Source of the DNA: an uncultured Nitrososphaerota archaeon
GTDB taxonomy: Archaea > Thermoproteota > Nitrososphaeria > Nitrososphaerales > Nitrosopumilaceae
Direction of reading: 5' to 3'
DNA length: 64,000 nt
Assembly: GCA_963824385.1 (NCBI GenBank)
Contig: CAWGPD010000004.1
Coordinates: 288,001-352,000, forward strand
The notes below the pieces were generated by a model. It saw nothing but the letters and a program-made list of their open reading frames with translations, made no database searches and was not told the origin of the DNA. This document shows positions 49,257 to 60,261 of the stretch, piece by piece. The stretch's first letter is position 1, and the number at the start of each line of letters is the position of its first letter. Made by a program: the position numbers and the translations under genes.

Positions 49257-51589
49257 ATGACACATGACACTCATGCAGGACTTGTTCGTAGCCTCTCATT
49301 ATTAGACATAACAATGATTGGGATTGCCGCCATGATTGGTGGTTCTATCTTCAATCTAGTAGGTCCTGCCATGTTTGAGGGAGGGCCTGCACTTCTAATT
49401 GTATTTGTAGCTAGCGGAGTTATCAGACTTCTTTACTGCATTAACATATGCAGAGTTAGGTTCTGCATTTCCAGAAGCAGGAGGCGGGTACAGATGGGTA
49501 AAAGAAGGCCTTCCAAGACCAAATGCTTTCATCAGTGGGTGGATAGCGTGGTTTGCTCACATGATAGCAGGTAGTTTGTATGCGGTATCAATTGGAGATT
49601 TTGTTGGTAGTCTACTAACAGGTATTGGAATGGCATCACATTACGGAGGAATTCCACTAAGCAAAATCATTGCCATAATCTCCATAATATTATTCACATA
49701 TGTAAATTACAGAGGAGTTTCACTTACTGGAAAAATTGGAAACGGACTTACAATAATGCAACTCATAATCATCATAATTCTCATTTCATCTGGAGTCTAT
49801 GCAATGAGTTTTGTCAACCATAACTGGGCAGTAAACTTTCAGCATTTTATTCCAAAAGGTATAACTGGTTTTATCTTGGCAATGGGAATTACGTTTATTG
49901 CTTTTGAGGGATATGAGATAATTGTCCAAGCTGGCGAGGAAGTAAAAAATCCAAAGAAGAACATACCAAGGGCAATTTTCATCACATTAGGAACTGTAAC
50001 TGTACTGTATGTAGTTTTTACTTTTGTTTTTCTTGGAGGTCTTGACTCTTCAAAGATCGGCAAGGAAGTATGGCAATACATTGGCGACCATCAGGATGTA
50101 GGAATTGCAAAGGCTGCACAGTATCTCATTCCATATGGAACAATATTGGTATTTGTTGGAGGCATTGTTTCAAGTATAGCTGCTCTTAGTGCCACTACGT
50201 TTTCTTCAAGTCGTGTATCTTTTGCAATGGGCAGACAATACAATCTCCCATACATTTTCAGTTCCATCCATCCCAAATATCATACTCCTCATTTTGCAGT
50301 AATCGCCTCTGGGATCATCATGTTGATCATGGCATCATGGCTCCCATTAGAGCAGATTGCACTTGTAGCAGGAGTTATGTTTCTCTTTCTTTTCACTCAA
50401 GTAAACTGGGCTGGAATCAACATTCGAAGATTATATGGTAACAAACTTGATTACGGGTTTAAAATTCCGCTATTTCCACTCATGCCAATCATTGGCATAA
50501 TATGCAAGGCAGGATTGGCAATCTTTCTGTTGATTTACAACCCACTAAGCTGGGTAATTGCAATCATTTGGATACTAATCGGATTTTCAATTTATAAATT
50601 GCATATATCCAAAAAAGAAATTGAACATTATGCACCTTTAGTTGCAAACATAGGTCCAACAGAAAGAAAGAATTATCGCATAATGGTGGTTTTCAACAAA
50701 AAGACAATTGAAAAGCTAATCAAGATTGCATCCACCATTGCCAAAGACAAAGATGGGGAGATTTCACTTTTAAATGTGGCAACAATACCTCTCCAGATAC
50801 CTCTGTCAATGGGTCACAGATTTGCAGAACCAATCACAAAGTCGTTTGATGAATTAAAAAAGACTCCAGGTTTCGCAGATTATAGGTATCTAGTCAGATT
50901 ATCGCATGATAACACAGAGGCAATTCTTGCAACTGCAGAAGAACAGGGAATAAATCTTCTCATCATGGATTTCTTTGATCTTAAAAATAATAGAAAACTG
51001 TTGTCTCTTACCACGTGTGATATTTTAGGAGTAAGTATTAAGAAAGAATTTGAAACAGAACTATCTCACATAGTTGTATCATACGACAAGGGAAGACATT
51101 CAGACTTGGGAATTGAGATTGCACATGCGTTTTCTAATATCATGGGAAGTAAAATTCGAATCATACGAGGTGTTGTGGAATCTCCAGAAGAAGAAAGAGA
51201 CATTCTAAGTAGAATTAATGAAAAAATGTTTGATATAAGATTTTAGAAAAGTACCAGTGGAACGAGTTTATCCGACAAGCTCTGAAGTCATTAAAGATTT
51301 GCTTGAGAATCTAAACAAGGATCCAGAGATTGTAATTGTAGGAGCTGGAAATCAATCAGATCAGGCATTTAGCCCTAGAACGATGGAAATTGTAGAAAAA
51401 TCTAACTATAGCGTATTTGTTGTAAGAGATTCAAGAATTTCAAACATCAAAGTAAGATATTTCTGGCAAATGATAGCACCTAGATTGAAGGAAAATAGAA
51501 CAATTTACAGCATTTATCGTAGATTATACAGATTACAGCCCAGAAAGAAGACTCCTTCTGATGAGGAATATTTTTCACCAAAGATATAA
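49257..51589 (+). CDS. APC family amino acid permease with C-terminal USP-like domains; frameshifts near 49427 and 51238
   Basis: IGIAAMIGGSIF, YAELGSAFPEAGGGY (corrected frame), FIAFEGYE, GEEVKNPKKNIP, SRVSFAMGR. Confidence 0.9.
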
Positions 51590-51626
51590 TTTTATAAAAT
51601 CACATCCAAGAGTTTTAAAAAAATCT

Positions 51627-52124
51627 TCATTGTTCCAAGCCATACTCTTGGGATATTTTCATAACATCATCCATAGTTTTGGCATTAGAATAATCTTCTA
51701 GCAAATATTGATTTAGATCAAAAAATGTATGTCCCCACTTGAATTTACCAATAACAGAATTGGCAAGTTCGCGAAAGTCCATAATATAAAGAACTCCAGC
51801 AATTGCTTCGGCAGTTGTAAGTTTGCCTATCTTGGAATAATTAACAGGGTTACCTGCAAGCAGTGGAGGAAGCTTTCGTGACAGACCTACAAATTTTTTG
51901 AGAAACATATTTTGTGCCAACTCCCATGAACAGTCAATTGCAGTAATAGACTTGGTCAAATCTCTGTCAGATCTTAAGACAAAGTCTTTTGCAAAGGGAT
52001 TGAGAATCATGTCTTTCCCAGTGAGATGTTTTATGCGTTTGGCAATACCAAATTTTACAAGTTTTGCAGCAGTACATTTTGTAGGATCATCTTGTTCAAA
52101 CATTAGAACTTGAATTTGCATCAA
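51627..52124 (-). CDS. tsr3: 16S rRNA aminocarboxypropyltransferase Tsr3 (DUF367)
   Basis: DDPTKCTAAKL, IDCSW, RKLPPLLAGNPVNY, FKWGHTF. Confidence 0.95.
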   Translation of the reverse strand: MMQIQVLMFEQDDPTKCTAAKLVKFGIAKRIKHLTGKDMILNPFAKDFVLRSDRDLTKSITAIDCSWELAQNMFLKKFVGLSRKLPPLLAGNPVNYSKIGKLTTAEAIAGVLYIMDFRELANSVIGKFKWGHTFFDLNQYLLEDYSNAKTMDDVMKISQEYGLEQ

Positions 52125-52167
52125 GTTGTAGTGTTTTAATCAAGAATAAATTGGTTGAGATTTAGAA

Positions 52168-55100
52168 CTACTTTCCAACATAGGTTACTTGGTAATAGAA
52201 TCTAGTAACTTGATTATCTTTTATTACGTAAACTTTCCATTGCCCATCAGGCATCACATCATTTGTAGCTGCAGGAACGATACTAAATTGTTGCAGTCTA
52301 AGTCCAGACCCAGAATATCCAACAAGGAAATTCTTGCCATCAATTGCCACAGTCTGATATAACATACCAGACTGTGCAGTGGATTGTGTGACAAGACAGT
52401 TTAGATTTTGGCCTATAATGCAAGTTCCGTTTTGTGAATTCACGTTAATACTGACAGCATTTTCATCGCCAGGATTTACTCTAAGTAGGCCATCAAGTTC
52501 CCTAGGATAATAGGTCAGATTACCAATTGGTTTCTCAGCTAGTGTTATAGGAATGACAGAGTCTGAGATTTGATTGACTTTTGTAACAAACATGTCAGAT
52601 TGGGCATGTTTGTCAACTGGCCCAATGGTTAAAGGAATAGTTGTCAGTGTAGGAGTAATTGCAGCCACACTAGATGGGACGGTTTGTGTTTGGTTTGTTA
52701 TAATTGGAATTTGTTTGACGGGTAGTTGATTTACTACATCAAAGTATGCGTTAAAAGCCCCAAATGGTGCTTGTGCTATTATGGTATAGTTTCCAATTGG
52801 AGTATTGGCAGGAATTGTATAATGATAACTAAAGGATCCATATTGATCAAGTGAAACAGTAGCTGTTGGTATGTTCTTTCCTGTCAGCGATGCCACTTGC
52901 CCTTCAGTTGATGACAGTATCATTTGCCATACCAATTGCAAGATCTACAGTTTGAAGAGAGATGATGCTGCTTGTTCGTCCAGTTAGCAAGACAGTCTGA
53001 CCAGGAAGATACTTGCCAGAATCCGTAGTCATGATGAGTCGTCAGACTACCAGAACTGGTTGAAAATGGATCAGATATGTTAAATGATGTTGTGACTTGA
53101 TTTGTAAGATATGTTGCATAAAGATTGTAGGTTCCATTTGGCCAGCTGCCAGGGTGGAATGGAATGGTAATAAAATACTGTCCCCCAGGATTGACATCTG
53201 CAGTACCTTGGTATGCTTGCTGTCCATTAGAATATATCGTAACAGCAACCAGTGAGTTTGCCACAGCAGTTGCAGCATTTTGAGTTGGAATTACTTGGCC
53301 CCAGATATTTGCTACATCAGTTGAGAGATAATTTGTTTTATCAGTCTCGACTGATAGTGGAGATAAACTTTGATTTGATTGAGGGTTTTGAGAGACTTGG
53401 AAAAACAGTTCGGAGTTTGCTTGGTTTGAACTAATTGTTATTCTGTATATTCCATAAACAGCACGGGTTGGGTCTATTGTACCTGAAGCAGATAAATCAG
53501 TAGTTATAACGGCACTGCCTGTAGCATCTGATGTCGGTATAGTCCAAGTCCATGAAAATTGTCCATTATTTACCTGTAATGGGAATGTGATTTGATTACC
53601 AGATGGTTTTACCAGTGTCAGGGTATAGGAATTAGTAGCAACTGAAGACGAAATATGCCCAGTCAGTTGTACGGTATCACCCACACCGTAAACATTCTTG
53701 TCAGTACTTGCAGAAATTGGATTAGATGCGGTACCAGTAAGAGGATTATAAACTGAAAAAGTAGTTGATGCTTGAAGACTGGCACCATATTTACTACAAA
53801 TGTGTAGTTACCTGGTTGACTAAAAATATTTGGCAAAACAGTTTGCGATAGTGAATAAAATCCATTCACGTCAGGAGTTACAGAGTAAGTTACTGGTACA
53901 GGGGCATAAGATTCAGCTGAACCGCCGACCGTAGGACAATTTTTGGAACAGCTACCACCGCCATATCCTCCAACTGTACTACCTAGTGACATTACCTGAC
54001 TTCCATTAGAATTTAAAACAGATACCATAACTTGGACGCCAGTTCCAGATATCAAATCTGGTCTAACTTGGCCTGAAATAAGAATAGTGTCACCATATGC
54101 ATATGATAACTTGTCTAGTAGATATTGAAAATGGTCCTGAATTAACAGGTGTATAAGTAGACGGATTTGCTGAGACTGCAAAAGAAGTGTAAGCTGTTCC
54201 AAAGGGCGATGTAACTTTTACTCCGTAATTTCCAAGTCTGTCAGATATTGCAGGTATAGTGAAACTGTACGTAAAGGTATTACCAGTTCCAGCAGTTACG
54301 AAATCTTTGACATCAAAAGATACAGGTATCGAGCCAGATGTAAAGGAAGACTGAGTGATCTCAATAGTTGGAGATAGACCAGAATTTTGTAATCCGGCTA
54401 GTTGTGTACTGCCACTAACTACTACTGTATCACCAGGAGCATATACCTGTTTGTCAGTAGATATCAAAATTGGCTGACTTTGAACTTGGGTAGGAAGTAA
54501 AACAAAAGTAGTAAATGCAGATGCACTACCATAAGTTGCTGTCACTCGATATATTCCATAAGTTGGATTTACTGTGTTAATAACCAATCCCGAACTACCG
54601 GCACTAGTTTGATATTGATTTGCGGTGGTTATTCTTCCTTGAGAATCTGGATATTGTGACCCTTGAGAAACTATTATGTTAGTTGGATCATATACCTTGT
54701 ACTGTACAGGAGTTAGTGGAATTACTGTTGAAACAGTCCCTGAAAGTACAATAGGTTGCGAAGTTGTATAATTAGAACGATCTGTAGATATGACCAGCGT
54801 TGTCGGTGCAACCTGTGTAGGCGGAATAAAAGCAGCAGAACCTAGTGTAAAAGTAGTTGATGCTTGAGCATTACCATATGATGCAGAAAGTGAGTATGTC
54901 CCTTGAGCAAATCCCAATATTTGATCAGTTTTCATATATGTTGAGAATTTGAGATCAGTTCCAGGATACAATGAAAATGTTTGTTTGAATCCATTTGGTC
55001 CCAAGACAACTAGATTAACAGTAGTAGGAACAGAAGTTACTGCGGGGTTGTTAACAATTTGTGAAACTTGACCGCCAATGTTTACAATATCGCCAAAGAT

Positions 55101-55676
55101 GTAGTTTTGTTTGTCAGTTGAAACAGACATGCCAACCTGGCTAGTGACTGTAGTTGTCGGAGCTGCCCCATTTGAAGTTCCAGGTGTTCCTGTCTTGAAG
55201 GTCCAGTCACTTGGTGAACCAGTATCAAGACCATCATAGATTCTCTGCCAAGTATTACTATCACCTTGCGTATCTGTAAGCGGTGGTGTTTGATCAATAA
55301 TTGTGCCATCGGTTCCCGTTAGTTGCATAATGGCACCTGCTGTTGGAAGCCAATTTGCCACATAATTATAAACAATGAATTGATGGCTTGCAATAGAAGT
55401 TCCTAATGAAATTGTATACGTTTGTTGCAATCCAGTAGTTGCCCCAATCGACCAACCTCCGATATTGACAGGAGAGCTAGTGGGATTATACAGTTCCACC
55501 CATTGCAAGGGAGATTTAGTATAATCACCTGTGGGATTTAGCTCAACTTCATTTATGACAACATGATTTGCTATCTGAACCGCTTGTCCACTAGCTGGAT
55601 AACTTTGTCCAATTACAAGTAAGACTAGAATTCCTACAATAAGGTACGGGTTTGAGAATTTCATCTGCAATACCAT
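52168..55676 (-). CDS. Large secreted surface protein: lamin-tail domain + about 7 MG2-like repeats; four frameshifts
   Basis: Signal peptide; HVVINEVELNP...QWVELYNP...GTPG (LTD); repeated (S/T)TDKxxYxxG(D/Q)xVxIxG; ORFs join by single-base corrections near 54117, 53790, 53038, 52908. Confidence 0.82.
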
Positions 55677-55825
55677 TTCAAGGCCATGTTTGGAATTTTA
55701 GGTGTTGATTGTGGAAAAGTTGAGCTAGTTGTTAATGCCCAATATGCCCCATTCCACATAATCAAAATATTCTTTACAAGCATTATAAGTCGTACGTATA
55801 ATTTGTACCAAATTCACTTACAGTG

Positions 55826-56086
55826 CTATGTTTTTTCTTGCTTGTCAGAATCACATGTAGGACATTTATTTTCAGTGATTTTTGCTCCACAGATGGCACA
55901 AATTCCCTGACCAACCTCCCTTAGAATCTGTCTCTTTCTCCTTCCAACAAATACTTTCATTGCAAAAAATAACAAAATTGCAATCAGTGTGGCATACAGT
56001 AGATTCATGCCAGGCAAAGCCATCAATCCTATCATAATACATAAAATTCCTACAATCAGTAGAATTTCCCGTTTTTCAAATTTCAA
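55826..56086 (-). CDS. 2-TM protein with C-terminal zinc ribbon
   Basis: TMs, then CAICG...CPTC. Confidence 0.8.
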   Translation of the reverse strand: MKFEKREILLIVGILCIMIGLMALPGMNLLYATLIAILLFFAMKVFVGRRKRQILREVGQGICAICGAKITENKCPTCDSDKQEKT

Positions 56087-56380
56087 TTTAATCTAGGACT
56101 AGGATATTTCAATAAATAGATATGCCAGAACTCAGAGTCACTGAATTGGCATTCATCTTGTGTCATGTCTCTAACTCTTCTTCATCGCCTGGCTATCATA
56201 ATCAGTTAAGGTCAGATAATAACTAATGGTATTTTATTCAAATTGCAAAATCTATAGCCACAAGGAGTTTATAGCGAGTCTTACCGGATTCAAATTTTTA
56301 GTAAACCCAAATTTATGAAGATCTGAATTTGTTTTCCTTTATTCGAGTATTTTAATACAGATTGGATTTCATAGATTTGC

Positions 56381-57139
56381 ATGCATCTGGAAAAACTTGC
56401 TCATAGTTTCACAATTGGTGGTACTGTAATTGCAGTTTTACTAGTCATCATTGCACTAGTTGAAGTGTATCATTTTGGCGAGCTTGTTGGCGAGCAACAA
56501 AAGACAACGGCAAGTTTGACTTTACTTCTCAACAAGACGGATAATTTGCTAGCAGAGATGCAAAAGTCCACATCAGGTTTGGATACATTGGTCAACAGAA
56601 CTGATCAATTAATACAACTACAAACTAGTACATCCTCTAACATTTCACAGCAAACCATAATGAAAGAATACAGCGATCAGGTTCCATTTCAAGTCGGTAT
56701 TGCATATTGTAATTATGAAGAAAATGATAACGATATTGCATATTCTACAATTATTTTAGATAAAAACGGAGACCCTACAACACTGAAATTTATGCTGGAT
56801 GTTCTTTTTAGGTTCTATACTCTTCCAACTGATAATGGAACTCTAGCAATTGGAGAAACTCAAAGTTTAGGGAATGATTCAAACCCTGAATTAGTTGAAC
56901 CTGCTGAAGAAAAATTGCAAAAATTACCACTGGCAAACATAATGAACCAAACCCAAAATACTACTGACACATATCTGTTCGTACGATCACAGTATGATTT
57001 TGCTCCATATTCTGAAGCGACTAGTAATTTGATTACTAAATATGCCCATGATAAAAGTGGTCAGCAAATGATTGAATTTAAGAAAAACAATAGTGGAGAC
57101 TGGGAACTATATCCAAGTCAAAACTCGATTTGTAAATAG
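56381..57139 (+). CDS. Hypothetical membrane-anchored protein with short coiled coil
   Basis: N-terminal TM; internal repeat LLNKTDNL / LVNRTDQL. Confidence 0.75.
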   Translation: MHLEKLAHSFTIGGTVIAVLLVIIALVEVYHFGELVGEQQKTTASLTLLLNKTDNLLAEMQKSTSGLDTLVNRTDQLIQLQTSTSSNISQQTIMKEYSDQVPFQVGIAYCNYEENDNDIAYSTIILDKNGDPTTLKFMLDVLFRFYTLPTDNGTLAIGETQSLGNDSNPELVEPAEEKLQKLPLANIMNQTQNTTDTYLFVRSQYDFAPYSEATSNLITKYAHDKSGQQMIEFKKNNSGDWELYPSQNSICK

Positions 57140-57308
57140 ATTATTTTTTAGATCATACTTGTAATGGTTCAAAATTTCAGCACTAGTGCAAAATCTACAG
57201 CGCTTTTTTTAAATAATATTTCTGTAGTTATCTGGTAAACACAGGGCTTGTTTTATGACCCTATACTAGTTGCAGTAATTTTTTATATTCAATTAGATAC
57301 AAGCGAAC

Positions 57309-57755
57309 ATGCCGACCAACACTGTCAACTTACATCGTGTAATTGCCACAAATCCAGAAAAAATATATCGTGCATTTCTGAATCCTGATGCCTTGGCTAG
57401 GTGGATTCCCCCAAATGGATTTACTGGAAAAGTTCATCATATGGATGCAAAAGTAGGTGGTACATTCAAAATGTCGTTTACTAACTTTACAACTGAAAAA
57501 AGTCATTCCTTTGGTGGAGAATTCCGTGAGTTGGTTCAAAATGAACGTTTGAGATATACTGAAAGTTTTGATGATCCTAACCTGCCCGGAGAAATTCAGG
57601 TAACTGTAACACTGAAGAAGGTTTCTGTGGGAACAGAGTTGACAATCGTACAAGAAGGCATACCTTCTGTAATTCCTCTTGAAGCCTGTTATCTTGGATG
57701 GCAGCAGTCACTTGCTAATCTAGCTAGACTAGTTGAACCAGAGATTCCAAATTGA
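57309..57755 (+). CDS. SRPBCC/AHSA1-like protein
   Basis: LHRVI...PEKIYRAF..PDALARWIPP, FDDPNLPG, CYLGWQQSL. Confidence 0.92.
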   Translation: MPTNTVNLHRVIATNPEKIYRAFLNPDALARWIPPNGFTGKVHHMDAKVGGTFKMSFTNFTTEKSHSFGGEFRELVQNERLRYTESFDDPNLPGEIQVTVTLKKVSVGTELTIVQEGIPSVIPLEACYLGWQQSLANLARLVEPEIPN

Positions 57756-57824
57756 AAATATTTGGAATTATTCTAGAAAAAAAGTGCAAAATCCTAGTGT
57801 CTAACTATATCCCCAAAATAAAAG

Positions 57825-57898
57825 TGGGATCGGCCGGATTTGAACCGACGACCTCAGGTACCCAAAACCCGAATCATACCAAGCTAGACCACGATCCC
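57825..57898 (-). tRNA. tRNA-Pro(TGG)
   Basis: Minus strand GGGATCG...CGGGT-TT-TGG-GT-ACCTG...GGTTCAAATCC...CGATCCC-A. Confidence 0.96.
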
Positions 57899-57981
57899 GA
57901 TGTGATTGCACAAAAATGTCCCCAATTTAATCTTCTCATATCATATGATGATTTTAAATAATTAACTAAATTAAGCCATAA

Positions 57982-58875
57982 TTGTTGCAATTACAAGATT
58001 ATGTCAATGCTGGAAAAATAGCATCTGAGGTAAGAGAGAATGCAAGAAGAAAAAATCATGTAGGTTCTACTCTTGAAGAAATATGCAATTCCATTGAAAA
58101 AGAAATTGAGAGTAAAGGTGGAAGATGTGCATTTCCAGTCAATGTCAGCTTAAATGAAATTGCAGCTCATTATACCGCTGAACCTAATGATACCATTACA
58201 GTCAAAGACACTGATCTTTTAAAAATTGATTTGGGTGTCCAGATAAATGGACATATTGCAGATACTGCTGTTACTGTGTGTTATGAACCAAAATATGATT
58301 TTCTAGTACAAGCCGCAGAGTCTGCTCTCAGAGAAGCAATGGCAATCATCAAGGTAGGAACAAAATCAAGTGATGTTGGAAAAACAATAGAAAATACCGT
58401 AAAACAGATGGGCGGAATACCAATAGCAAACCTTAGCGGTCATTCTCTTGAACAATATACAATTCATGCCGGCAAGTCTGTTCCAAACATATGGTCAATT
58501 GGTTCATTTTCATTCCAATCCACGGAAGCATATGCATGTGAGCCATTTGTCACCACTCCAGATGGTTCAGGTTTTGTGCGAGAAGGTAAAATTAGAAATA
58601 TCTTCTCGTTAGTTTCAAGAAAAAGAACAAAGGATGATGAAGTCAACAAACTAATTGATACAATATGGCAAAAATTCAACATGTTGCCATTTGCACTAAG
58701 ATGGCTCATACCAGATTATAATGAAAAGACTGCAAGAGACCTAATCGAAAGATCAATTAAAAACAAAGTTGTTCGTTCGTACCCAATACTTGTTGAGGCA
58801 AATGAACAAAGAGTTGCTCAAGCAGAGCACACATTTATTCCAAAAGAAAACGGTGTTACGGTAACAACTATTTGA
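57982..58875 (+). CDS. map: Methionine aminopeptidase type II
   Basis: AFPVNVS.NEIAAHY, KIDLG..INGHIADTA, NLSGHS, CEPF, AQAEHT. Confidence 0.96.
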   Translation: MLQLQDYVNAGKIASEVRENARRKNHVGSTLEEICNSIEKEIESKGGRCAFPVNVSLNEIAAHYTAEPNDTITVKDTDLLKIDLGVQINGHIADTAVTVCYEPKYDFLVQAAESALREAMAIIKVGTKSSDVGKTIENTVKQMGGIPIANLSGHSLEQYTIHAGKSVPNIWSIGSFSFQSTEAYACEPFVTTPDGSGFVREGKIRNIFSLVSRKRTKDDEVNKLIDTIWQKFNMLPFALRWLIPDYNEKTARDLIERSIKNKVVRSYPILVEANEQRVAQAEHTFIPKENGVTVTTI

Positions 58876-58975
58876 CGCTACATTAACAGTCTCTTTTTTT
58901 ATACGAGTTCATCTCTATTTTCTGTTTCAACATATGGGGCAATTGCTTTGTGTCAGCAATTCCAGGATTGATAAA

Positions 58976-59989
58976 TCATCTATATTCATCCCCGCAGTCA
59001 CCAATAGAAGAAAACAAATCATTTGATCTTGAGGTTACTGATCTTATCTGTTCTTTGTCTTCTCTATCTAAATTTAATGAAAACACTCTAGCGTTGTCTG
59101 ACTTGTGCTCTGCTATGCCAAGTCTTACACCAATTATCACACCTGCAACAACGGGCTTGTCCAAGACATATTTTGCAGCAACATTTGCAATACTAACATG
59201 GTGCTTTTTTGCTATATGGTATAGTACCGCAAGTAGCTCTTGAAATAGAGTCCATCCACCCCAAACATCAATCATGTTCTTGTATTTCTGTAAACTTGAT
59301 GTATATAGCTCGGACCTTGTTGGCTCTGGTTTTTCTCGATAATTTTCAGACAAGAATCCTCCGAGAAGAGTTCCATAAGCCAGTAGTTTGATGTCATGTT
59401 TTTGGCAAAATGGAGCCATCCTGACTTCAGGTCTAGAGTCTATGATAGAATATTGTACTTGATTTGATACTAGTTTGAATCCATTTTCTACCATAATCTC
59501 TATTCTTTCCGTATCAAAATTTGTCAGTCCAACATGTCGTATCTTTTTATCATCTTGAAGCTTGAAGAGATGATGTAATGCGTCAAGGTAGTTTGTATCG
59601 TTATAATCCCACCAGTGAAACTGGACCAGATCGATTGCTTTTACATTCATTCTTCTAATGGACTTGTCAATGTAATGCTCTACAATTGATCTAGTCATCG
59701 GACCTGGATTTGGGACAAATTTTGTTAGAGCCTGTATTTTGTCTAGTTCTTCTTTACCCTTTTTCTTTTCAATTCTTCTTCGAAATTCACCGATGTATTC
59801 TTCGGCAGGTCCATAAATGTCTGCCATGTCCCATGTAGTAAAACCAGAATCATGGTATGAAAGCATCTCAGAAATTGCAGATTCTGGGTCAATTTTACCA
59901 TGGCCTCCCGCTACCTGCCACATACCGTTCAGGATTTTGCAGATTTGCAAGTCAGATGTTAACTGGTAGGTTTTTTGTGATTGTGACAT
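58976..59989 (-). CDS. Aldo/keto reductase
   Basis: GMWQ, DMADIYG.AE, TK, DLVQFHWW, GLTNF, NQVQYS, AYGTL.GG. Confidence 0.93.
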   Translation of the reverse strand: MSQSQKTYQLTSDLQICKILNGMWQVAGGHGKIDPESAISEMLSYHDSGFTTWDMADIYGPAEEYIGEFRRRIEKKKGKEELDKIQALTKFVPNPGPMTRSIVEHYIDKSIRRMNVKAIDLVQFHWWDYNDTNYLDALHHLFKLQDDKKIRHVGLTNFDTERIEIMVENGFKLVSNQVQYSIIDSRPEVRMAPFCQKHDIKLLAYGTLLGGFLSENYREKPEPTRSELYTSSLQKYKNMIDVWGGWTLFQELLAVLYHIAKKHHVSIANVAAKYVLDKPVVAGVIIGVRLGIAEHKSDNARVFSLNLDREDKEQIRSVTSRSNDLFSSIGDCGDEYR

Positions 59990-60075
59990 GCTTGTGATTT
60001 TCTGAAAAACTTGCCTTATTTCTCTTTTGATGCTTTTTTAGAATTAGTACATTTTATCATTATGATTTACTTCCA

Positions 60076-60261
60076 CTATTTGATAACTTCGCCAAAAATT
60101 TTGGATATCATCATTTGGCCATTACCACATGAAGTACACTTTTCTGCGGTTTTAAAGACATAGTCTCCTTCTTTGAATTTTCGTTTATTAGTTTTATTGC
60201 AACTAGAACATTGTTCAATTGTACATGGATCAAGTATTTCCTCCTTTTTCTTAAAGATCAT
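60076..60261 (-). CDS. Small zinc-ribbon protein
   Basis: CSSC...RKFKEGDYVF...CTSCG...ISKI; ATG overlaps the DUF1512 stop. Confidence 0.8.
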   Translation of the reverse strand: MIFKKKEEILDPCTIEQCSSCNKTNKRKFKEGDYVFKTAEKCTSCGNGQMMISKIFGEVIK

